DNA of 64,000 nucleotides from positions 2,542,001 to 2,606,000 of the forward strand of contig ML978121.1 of NCBI GenBank assembly GCA_010015805.1, in the 5' to 3' direction. This DNA is from Rhizodiscina lignyota (taxonomy: Eukaryota). A program made the translations under genes and the position numbers. The first letter of the stretch is position 1, and each line of letters starts with the position of its first letter. The notes beneath the pieces are model-generated. The model ran no database searches, was not told the DNA's origin, and worked only from the letters and a program-made list of their open reading frames with translations. This document shows positions 38,090-50,165 of this stretch, piece by piece.

Positions 38090-39022
38090 ATGCATTCCTC
38101 CGAGTTCAATCCTCATTCAGATATCCAGAGCCTCGAGGGCAAGGTCTTCCTGATCACCGGCGGCACAGCAGGCCTCGGTTCAGGAGCCATTGAAGCTTTC
38201 GCAGAGCACAATCCGTCCCACATTTTCTTCACAGGCCGCAACAAGAAGTCCGCAGACAAGCTGATCTCGACTGTTCAGTCGAAATTTGCAAGTGTGAACC
38301 TCACATTCCTCGAATGCGACCAGACGTCCCTCGCTTCTGTTCGTGAGGCGGCCAACAAATTCCTCGCACAGTCCAACCGCCTCGATGTCCTCATGTGCAA
38401 CGCCGGAGTCATGGGAATCGATGCAGACCAGACGAAAGATGGCTACGAAATCCAATTCGGCATCAACCATGTAGCTCATGCTCTTCTCATCAAGCTTCTT
38501 CTGCCGACAATGCTTGAGACCGCGAAACTTCCGGATGCAGATGTGCGCATCATCAACATGAGCTCCTGGGGCCACAAGCAGGCGCCCTCCTACGGCATCC
38601 AGTTCGAAACGCTCAAGACCTCGCAGGCTTCTCTCGGCGGCATGATTCCGGGACCCAGGTGGAGTCGCTACGGCCAGAGCAAGTTGGCCAATTTGCTCTA
38701 CGCACAAGAGCTGGCGAAGAGATATCCTCAGATCACCTCAGTCTCGGTGCACCCTGGATTCGTTATGACTGGCTTGTATGACAATGTGAATTTTCTCATA
38801 AGATTACCAGCTCTCATCTCTTCCATCGGCCGTACAGTTCCAGTCGATCAGGGTCACTACAACCAGGTCTGGGCCACGACATGTCGGAAGTCTGATATCA
38901 TCAATGGCCAGTATTACGAGCCTGTGGGTGTCGTTGGCAAGGATATTTCGAAGGCGGCGCAAGACAAGCAGTTGGCGGAGAGGCTTTGGGACTGGACGCA
39001 GGAGGAGCTTGCTGGATATTAA
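38090..39022 (+). CDS. Retinol-dehydrogenase/WWOX-like short-chain dehydrogenase
   Basis: 310 aa intronless ORF; TGGTAGLG, MCNAG, FGINHVAH, YGQSKLAN, VHPG, RLWDWT. Confidence 0.92.
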   Translation: MHSSEFNPHSDIQSLEGKVFLITGGTAGLGSGAIEAFAEHNPSHIFFTGRNKKSADKLISTVQSKFASVNLTFLECDQTSLASVREAANKFLAQSNRLDVLMCNAGVMGIDADQTKDGYEIQFGINHVAHALLIKLLLPTMLETAKLPDADVRIINMSSWGHKQAPSYGIQFETLKTSQASLGGMIPGPRWSRYGQSKLANLLYAQELAKRYPQITSVSVHPGFVMTGLYDNVNFLIRLPALISSIGRTVPVDQGHYNQVWATTCRKSDIINGQYYEPVGVVGKDISKAAQDKQLAERLWDWTQEELAGY

Positions 39023-39192
39023 TGTTCCCGCCTGATTGCTCTCGTTTCTTCTGCACTGTTTGGATTCTAATATACAGCTCCTCCGCAGTTTTGCTATTTG
39101 TCGATAGAATTGTGGGTCGTTGCTATGAGCGTCTTTCCACTTGAATTTATCTATACCAGGAAGTCTTTTGTTTGTAGAGGTAAATCAAAGTC

Positions 39193-40868
39193 TCATATAA
39201 CTCGAGGAGGTCTCTTGCCCCGAAAGGTGTCTTCAAATGCAGCTGTCGTATACTCTTCCGTGACATTAGTCGTTTCATCGTACATCGTTGCATCCGTATG
39301 GTCTGGGAGCGGTGTCCGGCCAGCAAGCATCTCTATAACAGAGTCGAAGCTTTGATCGCTCTCGGGTGTATCATCCGAATCACCCTCCTCAGGCGGTGGA
39401 TCCCTTCCATCAGGCCATAGGAAAACAAGTGAACTATTGTTGCTAGCAATCAGACCGGGCTTCCTGTCATGGCTAGTTGGTAGCCAGTTGACTTCAATTT
39501 TTGTAAAGGGACGTTCAAATGGAACAGAAAGAGCCATAGGAGCATCCATGGCAGCAGACCAAAGATAAATGACAGGATCGTCGTGCTGGCATTGTATCAG
39601 AAGCAAATCTGACCTTGTCGGATGCCAGGTGATTTTCTTGATTGGAGAGTGCTGTAGCAGAATGGTCCGAGAAGTGAGAGTTGTGAGATCCCATATCCAA
39701 ACTGCAGTTGGTGCACTCTCGTCTTTCGTCGCAAGGAGACTCCCATCGACATTGAAAGCGAGGATTGATATGCCGAACTTATTTGTGGAATCTACACTCT
39801 TAGCTGGAAGGAACGGAAGTGATACAGGCTGCGGCACGACAGCATATGTGCGTTTAGAAGATGTGGATGCATCCTCTTGCCAGACTTGCGAGTCTGGTAT
39901 TTGAATCGACGTTGTATGCTCTAAGAAGACAGCTGCAGAGAACTGCAGGATATTAGATAGGGGTCCTCTCAACCGGTCTGCCATACTCACTGTCCGCGCG
40001 CTCAACATAATGATTCTTCGGTCATGTCCTCCAACAGCAAGATAATCGCATCTTGGGCTCCATTCTAGACTCCTCGCTCCTAAGCCCAACTCTTGTCTTT
40101 CGCCACCCTCGCCAACATATACCCGATATAGATTTCCATCTGCAGTATGTATTGAAACTCGAAATCCCACGCTCGGCGAGTCCCAGACAGCGAGCCACCG
40201 TCCGTTCGGACTCCACTTCATTGCTTGTGCATCATGCGTTGTGAGCGGTATGGATTTCAGGACCTTGTACGACCGCGGCGCATGCAGCGTCAACACATCT
40301 TGTGACCCTGGTCTGGCTAGTAGTGCCATTATTGACGGTGATCCTTCTCCAGCTGATCGTAATGAATATGCTCTGTTCGAAGAATATTTCGGATCCTTGA
40401 TTTCTACCGATCGGCCGCTGACGAGACTCCAGACGACCACTTTCGAGCAGAAGTCAGAGATCACCAACAATTCATCCATGGTAGCGCCAAAGTCCGCAGA
40501 GATGACTTTCCCCATCCCCCCGCTGCCATTGTTGATAGTAGCCGTCCACTTGGGATCGCGAAGATCCCAGACGCGGACATTGTCACCATCTGCCACGAGG
40601 ATGCGATACGACCAGGGCTGTGATTGTGTTGTTCGAGACCACCTGAGTGCAGCAATCTTTGTATCTTCGTCTGTTGGGAGCGCAATGCTGCGGAAGACGT
40701 CCAGCGAGGTCGTCGATCGGATGTGGAGACGCTTAGAGGTAATCGATGCGACGTGGAGGCCATCGGGAGACGGAAGAGGCGGGTGAGATGCTGCAAGAAG
40801 GTTAGTCTAATGCGCCGAATAGGTCATGGAAAGGTCTAGATACTTTTGAATACTGCAGACGTCTCCAT
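39193..40868 (-). CDS. WD40-repeat protein, WDR8/WRAP73-like (spindle-pole-body associated)
   Basis: Spliced start METSAVFK|TSHPPLPSPDG; WD repeats VRVWDL, KVVVWSL..GRSVEIKDPK, KWSPNGRWLAVWD, LEWSP, PTAVWIWD; intron 39943-39990. The ortholog call is by recalled similarity only. Confidence 0.75.
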
Positions 40869-41596
40869 GGTGTAGTTGTAGTTGTTGTTTTCGATTGTCT
40901 GCTTTCGGACATGGTGACAACATTGGACGTCAAATGACCCTGGTGGCCCGTGCGCGATGCAGCCTTAAATCCCCGATCACGCCCCGCCATCCCACCTCTC
41001 ACAGCTCACGGACTTCTCGGCCGCAATACGAATCGATTGAATCATTCGGCGATGAAGATCATGCAACCTGCCCTAGCGTGCAGCTGGACCCTGGGAATTC
41101 TCTTGCTCGCTACCACACAGAAGCTCAGAAAAGCTTCTCAAGCTCTCGCGATATCGGTTAAGCCCTTGGTAGTCTCACGCCGGTTCGAGGCCAAGAGTCA
41201 CTGATTTCCAAAGCGTTTGCACACGACCCCCAGTATTTTCACAGCCAAGCAAAGGTACTAAAGCGGTACGAACCACTGTGGCATTTCAATTCAGGAACGT
41301 GCTGTGCTTGGCTGGGTTGATTCACTGCCGCTCAACGGCGCCGCCCGTCCTAGACTCACGCGAAAGTGGCATGATGGTGAGCGCGATGTCGCGATGACGA
41401 GCGCATGGTGGAACAAACTGGGACATTGTGGTAAGAGCGACGCGGTGCCGAGCTGTCGCAAGTCGCGTGGGCGCGTAAAGCAACTATTTATCTCTGTCTG
41501 ATTTCCTTGCTTGAACTTCTCATTCTTCAAAACTGCAATTACTTTAAAACGATCAGCTCCACGTGCGCAAATCCAAATCTACTCACAACTCAAACA

Positions 41597-42026
41597 ATGT
41601 CACCGGCCGATTCAGTCGCAAGATCGTACCTCTACGTCGCGGACAAGCGTCCCGTCCTCGAATTCGACACCGAGGCCAGCTCCTTGCAATGCCAGATAAA
41701 GCTCAAAGGCGCTGAAATCTTTGGCAACAAGTTGCACGTCTTCCTTCCAACTCCTCACGGACTTGAGCTAGTTTGTGGCGGAAAAAGCGGAGAAACAACT
41801 TATAGTGAGTAGCTGCACGCATGCACCAGCATAATTGCTTTTTGAGCTCCTCGCTGACCTCGAGTCATTAGTGTTCCACAATAGTCACCAGGCATTACAT
41901 TGGTTCGAGCAACTCCACGGTTACGGCAGGATGTATCCAGATGGACCAAACGCTACCCGCAGCGTCGTTCTGGGCCAGGAGGGCCATCAGTATGGCGGAG
42001 AGCCAATCTTCCCTGGAGTTGCTTGA
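41597..42026 (+). CDS. Small hypothetical protein (~120 aa, 2 exons)
   Basis: ATG in CAAACAATG context; intron 41805-41871 (GTGAGT...GCTGAC...TAG) joins ORFs 41507-41812 and 41835-42026 in frame. No family recognised. Confidence 0.6.
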
Positions 42027-42306
42027 GCAAAGTGTGAAGAGCGAGGTTAGAAGATGCACGAGTGACGGCCACCAGGACGAAGTTGAATGTGAAGGGAATG
42101 ACCCAGAAACCTAGTGGTAATACGAAGTGATGGTTGAAGCGAGGTTGAAAGATTTCTCGTTATTACGATATTTCTTAGCGCCACGAACGCCTATCCAGCT
42201 TGATTCCATATTCTACAACGGCGCAGTGAAGGCACTCGCTGCCGCAAAGACAGGAAATACTCAGTTGAATTTCAACTCCAATGTCTCCGACTCTGTGTTT
42301 TGACGA

Positions 42307-43222
42307 TTAGTATCCCGTGGCTCCAGGAGCGCTCTCGTCCTTCCTCAAGCTCATCAACAACTCCCTGAACCTCTCCTTGCCCGAACCAGCACCTCCTCCT
42401 CTTCCACCCTTGCCAGTCAGATCCACGAGCTTTGCTATCCGCTCCCAGCTTGTTCCACCAGCAGCAGTATCCTCACGATTGGCAAGGAACTCTTCAGCCT
42501 CTTGGCGCGTCGTTTTAATCGCCTTGTCCTTCTTGTCGTTGTAGTTCTCGTAGAAAGCATCGATATCTTCACGAGCCTTCCCAATTGTCTCCTCTTTGCG
42601 TGCCTGGGAGGCCTCATCTCGCCGCTGAAGCTGCAGGTCGCGCCGCTCGCGCCACTCGCGGATGACGTCGGGTTCTGGCTCATCTGTGAAGGAGGGCTCG
42701 AAGGAAGTGGTTGGTGGAGGGGCGCCAGGAAGGAACGGTTGAGTGCCTGTTATCGTTCCGCCCGGTGCCATGTGCTTATAGTCACATCAGAACATGCTTT
42801 AGAGGAGCGTGACACGCATGTGCCTAGTGCTGCAATAAGGTCGTCATAAGTTATACTAACCTCGTTGGTGGTGTCGATTGCCGGAAAAGAGCTCTCGAAG
42901 CCGCTGAGCTCCTGCTGTGACACGCCATCTGCTTGCACAAAATCACCTCCACCTCCTAATAAGTCATCCTCCTCCACGTCCTCTACCTTTGCGGCCGTGT
43001 CGCCAGGCGTCGCGAACTGATCCGCGGCGTCGCCAAGTGCTGCCCGCTCGCGTTCGAGGAAGCTGGGCGCGTCTCCGGCATCACCGACAAGATCGAAGTT
43101 TGCTTCGCCTCGAGCTTCTGTCTGGCCTTTTGAACGCAATATTAGTTAAGTATACGACACAGAAGTTGACAGGTTGACATACCCGCGTCGATCTCGTCAA
43201 GCGAAGGGAATCTGTCAGCCAT
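42307..43222 (-). CDS. CLC1: Clathrin light chain
   Basis: MADRFPSLDEIDAG; SFLERERAALG; EPDVIREWRERR; GTSWERIAKLVD; RFRELLMSLRKDESAPGATGY. Confidence 0.95.
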
Positions 43223-43646
43223 GGCGAAGAGCGGGGCCTGATGCTTTCAGGAACTTCCAAATTGGCAATTAGAGGGAAAGGAGGGAAGGCGAGATGTGAG
43301 GTGGTGCTTCAAAGCGCTTCGCTCAGTTGCTGTTCAAAGTTGACAGGCAAGCATCTGAAAGTTGTAGGGGACGCGGCGGATCTCAATTCGGAGGGGAAAA
43401 CATTGTTCCGCTCATTAAAGCCATGATCGGGGGCTGCAACCAGCTCCAGGAGACCGTCACTTTTCGTTTTAACAACTCTCATCAACGCAACTCCTCGAAC
43501 CTAATCTCATAACCTACAAAGTCATCGTCTGAACACCCGCCGCATCAACCAGAACCTTTTCTCTTCAAGTCCAGGGATATTTGCACAGCGAGCAGTCGGA
43601 GTGGAGCAATACATAGATTTTATACAGCTCTCGTGACATAAACGCC

Positions 43647-45174
43647 ATGGCGTATACCGATGATGCCGTGAAAGCCAAGCTCTCTTCACTCAATGAGACG
43701 CAAGAAGGCATCGTCACTGTAGCCCAGTGGATCATGTTCCATAGGTATGATGGGGATGAAGCTTCGATGTGAGCAGGTCAATGCTCATGCATGGCGTAGG
43801 CGATATGCAGATCGAACCGCGCAACTGTGGATGCAGAGACTCAAAGACTCCAACGCCTCCAAAAGGTTGAACCTCATCTATCTTGCCAATGGTACGGCCA
43901 CCGACCCCCAATACAGGGTATCTCTCTCACAGACGTACAGAAGTCATCCAGCAGTCGAAAGCCCGGAAAAAAGATGAATTTGTCCGCGCATTCTCCCCGG
44001 TACGTATAACCAACCACATTTTATCATCATGAGAGCAATTGCCTGATTGCATTCCAGATAATCGCAGAATCCACTGCAGTAGCATACAAAGGGTCCCCGG
44101 CCGAAGTCCAACAGAAATTGCGCCGAGTCATCGAAGTATGGCGCTCGAGACAGATATTCGATACTTCAGTTCAGGACGGCATAGAAGCTCGTGCAGATGG
44201 TACGGCCATCCCAGCATCAGCTCAATCACACCTGTTCATAGTACTAACAACGGACAGAATTGGACAAGAACCGCACTTCTGGTAGGAAGCCTGCACTGGG
44301 TGGTTCTTTGTTTTCCAGCAGCACAGGTTCCGCTCCGCCAGAGATCCAACCGCTAGTCACACTGCAGACGAACCTCACCAAAGCCGAAATTACCCAAACT
44401 CCGGCCATCACCAATGCGAATAGCGAGTACGAGAAGCTCATCAACTCAACGAATCCGGTGCCAACGCCTCCAGTCCACGCAGCACGACTCTCTGGTCTCT
44501 TAAAGTCTCTCTCTAATGCTGAGGGCGCTGTCGCGGAGAGTATCAAGACCCGTCAGGCTCTCATAGAAGGCCTCGAGGGTCTTATCAAGACGAACCAAGA
44601 GGCCCTAGCAAAAGATGAGGCGCAGAAAGCCGAGCTCACGAAAAGAAAGATCCAAATCGAAACCAAGAAGCGCGAGGTGGAAGACGCCATCATGCGAGGC
44701 CTCTCATCAGAGCCTCAGCAAGATCTGGCTCCAGAGCCACCACGCCCGGAAGTCGAAGGTCTCACTCCACCACCTGTAGAGAGCCTCACTCCCACAGGCA
44801 CGCCACCGCCCATGCCCGCATACGTCAGCACAACCGGCGCCGACGTCATCGAGGAACAGCCCCCGACGCATGAGGAGACATTTCCTCCCACTGATGCTCC
44901 CCTCCCTCAGGATCCACGGTTGTTTGCGCGCTCAGCATCTAGTGGAGCGGTTGCAGCAGCCGAGGCGGCGAATGCGGCCGTACCAGTTCTCTCATACACG
45001 CGCAGCGCAGAGGCTATGAATGGCAATGGCAATGGGGTGCATGTCGAGGATCCGAGGAGGGCAGTAAAGAGGAGGAAGACCAGTGGCACGGAAGAGGACG
45101 ATTTTGCAAGGTTCCTTGGCGAAGAGGGTACGGATGGGATCGATGAAGACGTTGCGGAGATGCTCAAGCAGTGA
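43647..45174 (+). CDS. RTT103: RNA Pol II CTD-interacting (CID/RPR) protein Rtt103/RPRD1-like
   Basis: MAYTDDAVKAKLSSLNETQEGIVTVAQWIMFHR|RYA...KRLNLIYLAN|EVIQQSK...KLRRVIEVWRSRQIF; coiled coil and Pro-rich tail. Confidence 0.9.
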
Positions 45175-46093
45175 GGAGGAGGCATGATTGGGTTTGGGTC
45201 TGCGAGAAGAAGTTTTGCTGCGAGTACTTTTTGGTTTTGCATTACATCAAAGGTGGATCAATCTGCATACCCCTGGCGAACTGATAAGAAAGTTGAGCCG
45301 AATTTGCGGCGAGGGTTCACTGACTTTCTGCTTCCACAGGCACAAAGGCGAGATTTGTTTTGTCGGCTCCATACGCATGTGATACAGAGCAGTCTAGGAA
45401 ACAGACTACTGCATTCCTCATAGCGAATTTGCCGAATAGCCGTATCAATTACTGGGATGATACTTTCGTTTCAACACACCTCTCGTCTTTCTGCTCTCCT
45501 ACCACTAACTGAAACAATGACAATCGTATTCTTAGCAAACATCCCTCGCGCGTGTATCTCTGACTCGCTATGCTCCGCATTCGGCCTTTCTCACCATCCT
45601 CCCACATCAACTACGCCATTCAACACACCGTTCTCGCAAGCGGCCTCGGCGACCTAGGTCTCCCTCTCATCTGATGTTAGCCTTACGTACTACGGTACTT
45701 TGGCTGGCTCCCCGCAACTGCTCTGTGCGCATCTGGTTCAATTCCCTTCGCTTTCAATCTCCTAACCTGCGGCTCGAAAATAGTAAAGGACTTTGTGACT
45801 TAACAGGTCTTACATTGCAGTCTTGGCTTTAATCCGTGATATCACTGAGACATGGCGACTCGGGAAGCTCTGGGGAAGGTCCAATTAATGCAGCTAAGTA
45901 GACCTAGGTTCCCCGCGTAGACTGTGGGGTAAGGGGGGCCCCAGATCTAGTGCTAGTGGCAGAGCATTTCCTTTGTAGTTATTTCCGCGTGCCGTTATTT
46001 CCGTGACCATTATTTTATATCAAGAAGTCGAGTATTCAATCTCTTTTACCTTTCCAGCCTTTTTGAAATTGATATCTGACAATTAGATTCATC

Positions 46094-47209
46094 ATGCCTC
46101 ATGCTAGCGAGCCCGAATTGGACCATTTCATTTCTGTCAAGCCCACCAAAGAGAATTTGGAATACGCGGACCTTGTCTGCTTGGACTTCTCGAAATGGAA
46201 CGACGACGACCCGGAATCAATCAAGGCTCTCGCGGAGCAGTTGAAATATGCCATGAGAACTCAAGGCTTCTTTCTGATTGAAAATCATGGGGTCTCGAAG
46301 GAGACCATCGACAGACAAGTCGACATCGGGTACAATGTACTCACTAAGACTCCGTTGGAGGAGAAGCAACGGCTCGAGGCGAAAATCAAAGCCCGTGGAT
46401 CGTACCAAGGCTTCAAATTAAGGAAATACTGGACAATTGAAAACGGCGTGAAAGATCAGATCGAACAGTACAACTGGAATCGCGACTTGTCCTTATTCGA
46501 CCATCCATCGACATTCAAGCCTTTCATTTCAGAGGTACAGGAGCTGAATGATTACCTGCACAAGGTAATACTCCACCGTATCTTAACTCTGTTCGAGGTG
46601 TCACTCGAACTGCCAAAAGGATATCTGGTCTCGAGACACAAGTACGAGACGTTTGATGAATCTTGGTTCCGTTACATGATGTATTTCCGGGAGCATGAAG
46701 AGGGCGATATGGAAAAGACCGGAGGCCTTTGGCTGAAGGGCCACCAAGACTTCGGCACCATTACCATGCTCTTCAGTCAGCCCATGATCTCCCTTCAGCT
46801 CAAGGACCACTTCAGTGGCAAGTGGCGCTATGTCCCATATAGACCTGGTGCCATCTTGATCAATGCTGGTGAATTCATCGAATGGTGGACTGGGGGATAC
46901 TACAAGGCGACCATCCACAGAGTCCATCAACCACCAGCCGATCAGCGCAACCAAGACCGATGTGGCTTGTTCTACTTCACGGTGCCAAACGAGAACGTCC
47001 CGATCAACACTCTCATCGATGAGTCTCCTGTCCTTCGAGCTGCCGGAGTCCAGAGACGATTCGAACCCGGGGAGGAGCCGACTTCGGAAATGTATGTGAG
47101 AGCAAGGATTGGAGCGTACGGACAGACTAGCATTTTCCAAAAGAAGAACAAGGGGGTTGATGGAGAAATGATCGGAGGCATTAAGACGACTGCCACACAC
47201 ATCTCATAA
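46094..47209 (+). CDS. 2-oxoglutarate/Fe(II)-dependent dioxygenase (DIOX_N + 2OG-FeII_Oxy)
   Basis: 371 aa intronless ORF; GFFLIENHGV, facial triad HQD...H (GHQDFG, ATIHRV), distal Arg in RCGLFYF. Confidence 0.92.
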   Translation: MPHASEPELDHFISVKPTKENLEYADLVCLDFSKWNDDDPESIKALAEQLKYAMRTQGFFLIENHGVSKETIDRQVDIGYNVLTKTPLEEKQRLEAKIKARGSYQGFKLRKYWTIENGVKDQIEQYNWNRDLSLFDHPSTFKPFISEVQELNDYLHKVILHRILTLFEVSLELPKGYLVSRHKYETFDESWFRYMMYFREHEEGDMEKTGGLWLKGHQDFGTITMLFSQPMISLQLKDHFSGKWRYVPYRPGAILINAGEFIEWWTGGYYKATIHRVHQPPADQRNQDRCGLFYFTVPNENVPINTLIDESPVLRAAGVQRRFEPGEEPTSEMYVRARIGAYGQTSIFQKKNKGVDGEMIGGIKTTATHIS

Positions 47210-47487
47210 CTTATCCACTCTGTTCCAGGCCTGTCGATGAACGGGTTCGTTACCGCTGTGGGAATGCTAGCCGCCTGCGGTAGATAAGTGTTGTATACCG
47301 GATGTGCATGGGCCGGATTAGAAACAGACTCAGTACTGCCATTGTGTTTTGCCATAGCGAATATGTTGAATAGCCAGATTTAATCATACAATTATACTAA
47401 GCTTTTGTCAATCCTTCCATCATTATTTGCCGCGATTTGTCTATCCTGAACACCGTACACTACAAGAACTCAAACGAGTGCGCAACC

Positions 47488-49251
47488 TCAGAAATCATTG
47501 GCCTCTCCACGTTCAGTCACATGCGCTCCATGAAATCCAAATCCGACCACGCCCTCAACCTGTGCTTTGCCCACCTCAGTCATAGTCTTCGCATCCAAGC
47601 AAACCAAGTAGCTCTTGCCGCTGTTTCCGTCCAGCACAACGCTCAGGATGACGCCATCGTCCTCCGAGGTTCCGTTAGGGTCGGCCACGAAAATCGGCTC
47701 GCCTGGAGTGGCTCCTTGCTCCTCCCAGTAAATATGCGACTTTGTTTCCGAATCGAACTTCACGAGTCCGTCCATGAAGGTGCTAAGACCACGGTCGACG
47801 ATACCGTACGTGTAGCGGTGGGGCTTGGTGATGTATTTGCCGTTGAGTACGGGCAGTTCCATCCCTTGGGCCATTTGCGAAGTGAACTCAATGGTACCTA
47901 ACTTGGCTCCCTTGCTAGGCTCAGACGGCACATCGGGTAGGCGATAGCGCCGGTATAGAGGACGAGATGTATCACCCCTCTCACCACGGTAGGCGTCACT
48001 ACCCGGTGCGGTAGACTTTATATTCTCGTAATAGAACTTCTTAGCTACGTCAAGGTTGACATAGGCTGCGAGGTCGCAAATGATGTCAATTTTGCCAGGC
48101 TCGGTCTTTGACTCTTCAGTCCACGCGTTGACGGTGTGGAAGGAGTAGAAAGCGGGGGTTTCGTAAGTAGCGAGCAGTCCCTTGCCGTTCTTGCGATCAA
48201 TGACGTGCCATCTAGCGGGCTTTGACTCATCGAAAGGGGAAATGGCATCAAGAACGTTGCGATGCCACATGATAGAGGCACCTCCTTTGGCCAGATGGCT
48301 ATTCCATACGCAGAGGATGACGTGGTCAGCGGTGAGGAACATTGAGTGAAGATATGCCGGCACATCTGGAATGGTAGCAAGAATGTCCGTTTTGCCCGTT
48401 GCGGCAGAGACGCGGAAGACCTTGTACTCGGATTGCATGCCAAAGTTCAGATTGAAGTTGAAGATGTCGCCGGTAACTGGATCAGACTTGGCATGCGCAG
48501 CAGACAGAGGGCCTTTAAGGTCCGGGTGCAGCGATGTCTGCTTTGCAATACCGAGGGGCTCAAGCGTTTCGGGGTCAAGCGCCTCCATGATGACAGAGTC
48601 TGTCTTGGTATGCAGAGTTTGAATTGCCTTTGACTTATCAACAGTGGATGACTTCAGACCAGTCGGATTGCCAGGCATGTTGATGGACACGGTGACTCCG
48701 ATGTTAGCGGAAGATCGCGTCGATGTTCTGTCATCGAGAGCGGCCTTGAACGAGCTCTGGGCCTTCTTGAAGAAGCTCTCGCAAGGATCCCGCTTGTTGC
48801 CAAACGAGAAGCCTGCAAAGTCATTGGACTTGCGCATATTCTCCAAATGGTCGTCGCATATCGAACGAGAGTTGTAGAAAACTCTGGTGTTGGAGGAATC
48901 GTCGTTGGGTTGCAGCTTAAAGCGGTGGACTTTGGAGAAACCATCGAACCAATGTGACATGGCAAGCTCTGTGCCGTTGTTGGTCTTGAGCTTATAACCT
49001 CCTGGTCCCGTTCTGTACAAAGTACCCGCTGCATAGGTTGGAATGTTTCCAGTTACGGAAAGCTCGATAGGCGTGTGCTGCTCGATTGAGCCATCGAACT
49101 ATGAAATTATCAGCAGTCGCTCCTACTTCCAACTGGAGACGCATATACATACACCCTGGTCGTTCATCCAGCCATTGAAGGGTTCCAGCTTAACAGCAAC
49201 GCCATTTCCGTTTCCAGCGCCGGTCGTTTGAACAGTCCCGTGCGGTGCCAT
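47488..49251 (-). CDS. Carotenoid cleavage oxygenase (RPE65 family), CarT/CAO-2-like
   Basis: Spliced start MAPHG...GWMNDQG|FDG...GTLYRTGPG; HWFDG; four Fe-ligand His (AAHAK, YLHSM, SFHTVN, GFHG); EPIFV and EDDGVILSVV. Confidence 0.9.
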
Positions 49252-50165
49252 ACTGAAAGGACGTAGAAGTTTCAAGGGCGAAGAGAGTATCTTTGAGACG
49301 ATTGGACGTGATGGAGCAGGGAGCATATGATTATGATGAGAGAGATAAAGGGGAATCTAAGGATATTATATAGCATCTATTAAATCCGCAATGACGATGT
49401 TGACAATGGGTCTGTAGGAGAAGCGTCGTCTGCATGAAAGCACACACCGAACAGAAGAGGCAAGTACGGACGTAAAGCCACTTGAACGGTGGAAAGATTA
49501 AAAAGTCCCTCATGGTGTCAGACTGCCCCGTTTACCTACCAAAGCCGCAGCTAACGACTGCTGCCCCAGTTTGAATAGCTGGGCACGCTCTTATACAAGG
49601 GTTAGCGAGCATGTCGCGAGAGTATGCGTCAAGAAGCGAAAGTAACGTCTTGCGAGCGAATCAGCTGAGCCGTAGTAAGCTCTGGGGATTTGCTTCCCTC
49701 GCACAGCCGTATCCATGTAGCGGAGACATATCCATGGGTGAGGCGAGTCCGATGTGGTCGTTCGGTGAATTGTTTCAACGGTGGGATCTGGCGATGACGC
49801 CGAGTTGCTTGTCGGCCGTAACGTCCCAGTGTGTAAGAACCTTGAAGCGAGAACGACCGGATCCTTTAGGACTCGACCTCGACGTTGCCAAGATGCCGAA
49901 GCTCTGCCGTATTCCCAACTTTAGCCGCAGAACGGCACTAGTGCCATATCAAACATCAGGCCACTTCGAGGTTCAAGCGCGCGTCTCGAACGGCGACGGC
50001 GTTTTGCTGCAGCAGATTCTGCAGTCAGTTCAGCATCGTGCAAGGCCCACAGGATCACTAACACATGTAGCGACCTTTAAAGGCCCGTAGGCTAAACTCT
50101 TCAAGATGTCACTTCCTTCGCCACAAATTTCCAAGAAACTCCGTCGTCTTCGCATCTCATTCACA

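Noticed and set aside
3291..49251. An extended 'iron regulon island' (FTR1/FET3 plus Fe-dependent oxygenases)
   Set aside because: The oxygenases are ~40 kb away behind many housekeeping genes, and I saw no ATCWGATAA boxes upstream of them.
49611..50090. 159-aa ORF between the carotenoid oxygenase and the PARG gene
   Set aside because: No motif or protein-like composition; it lies in a divergent promoter region and is likely spurious.
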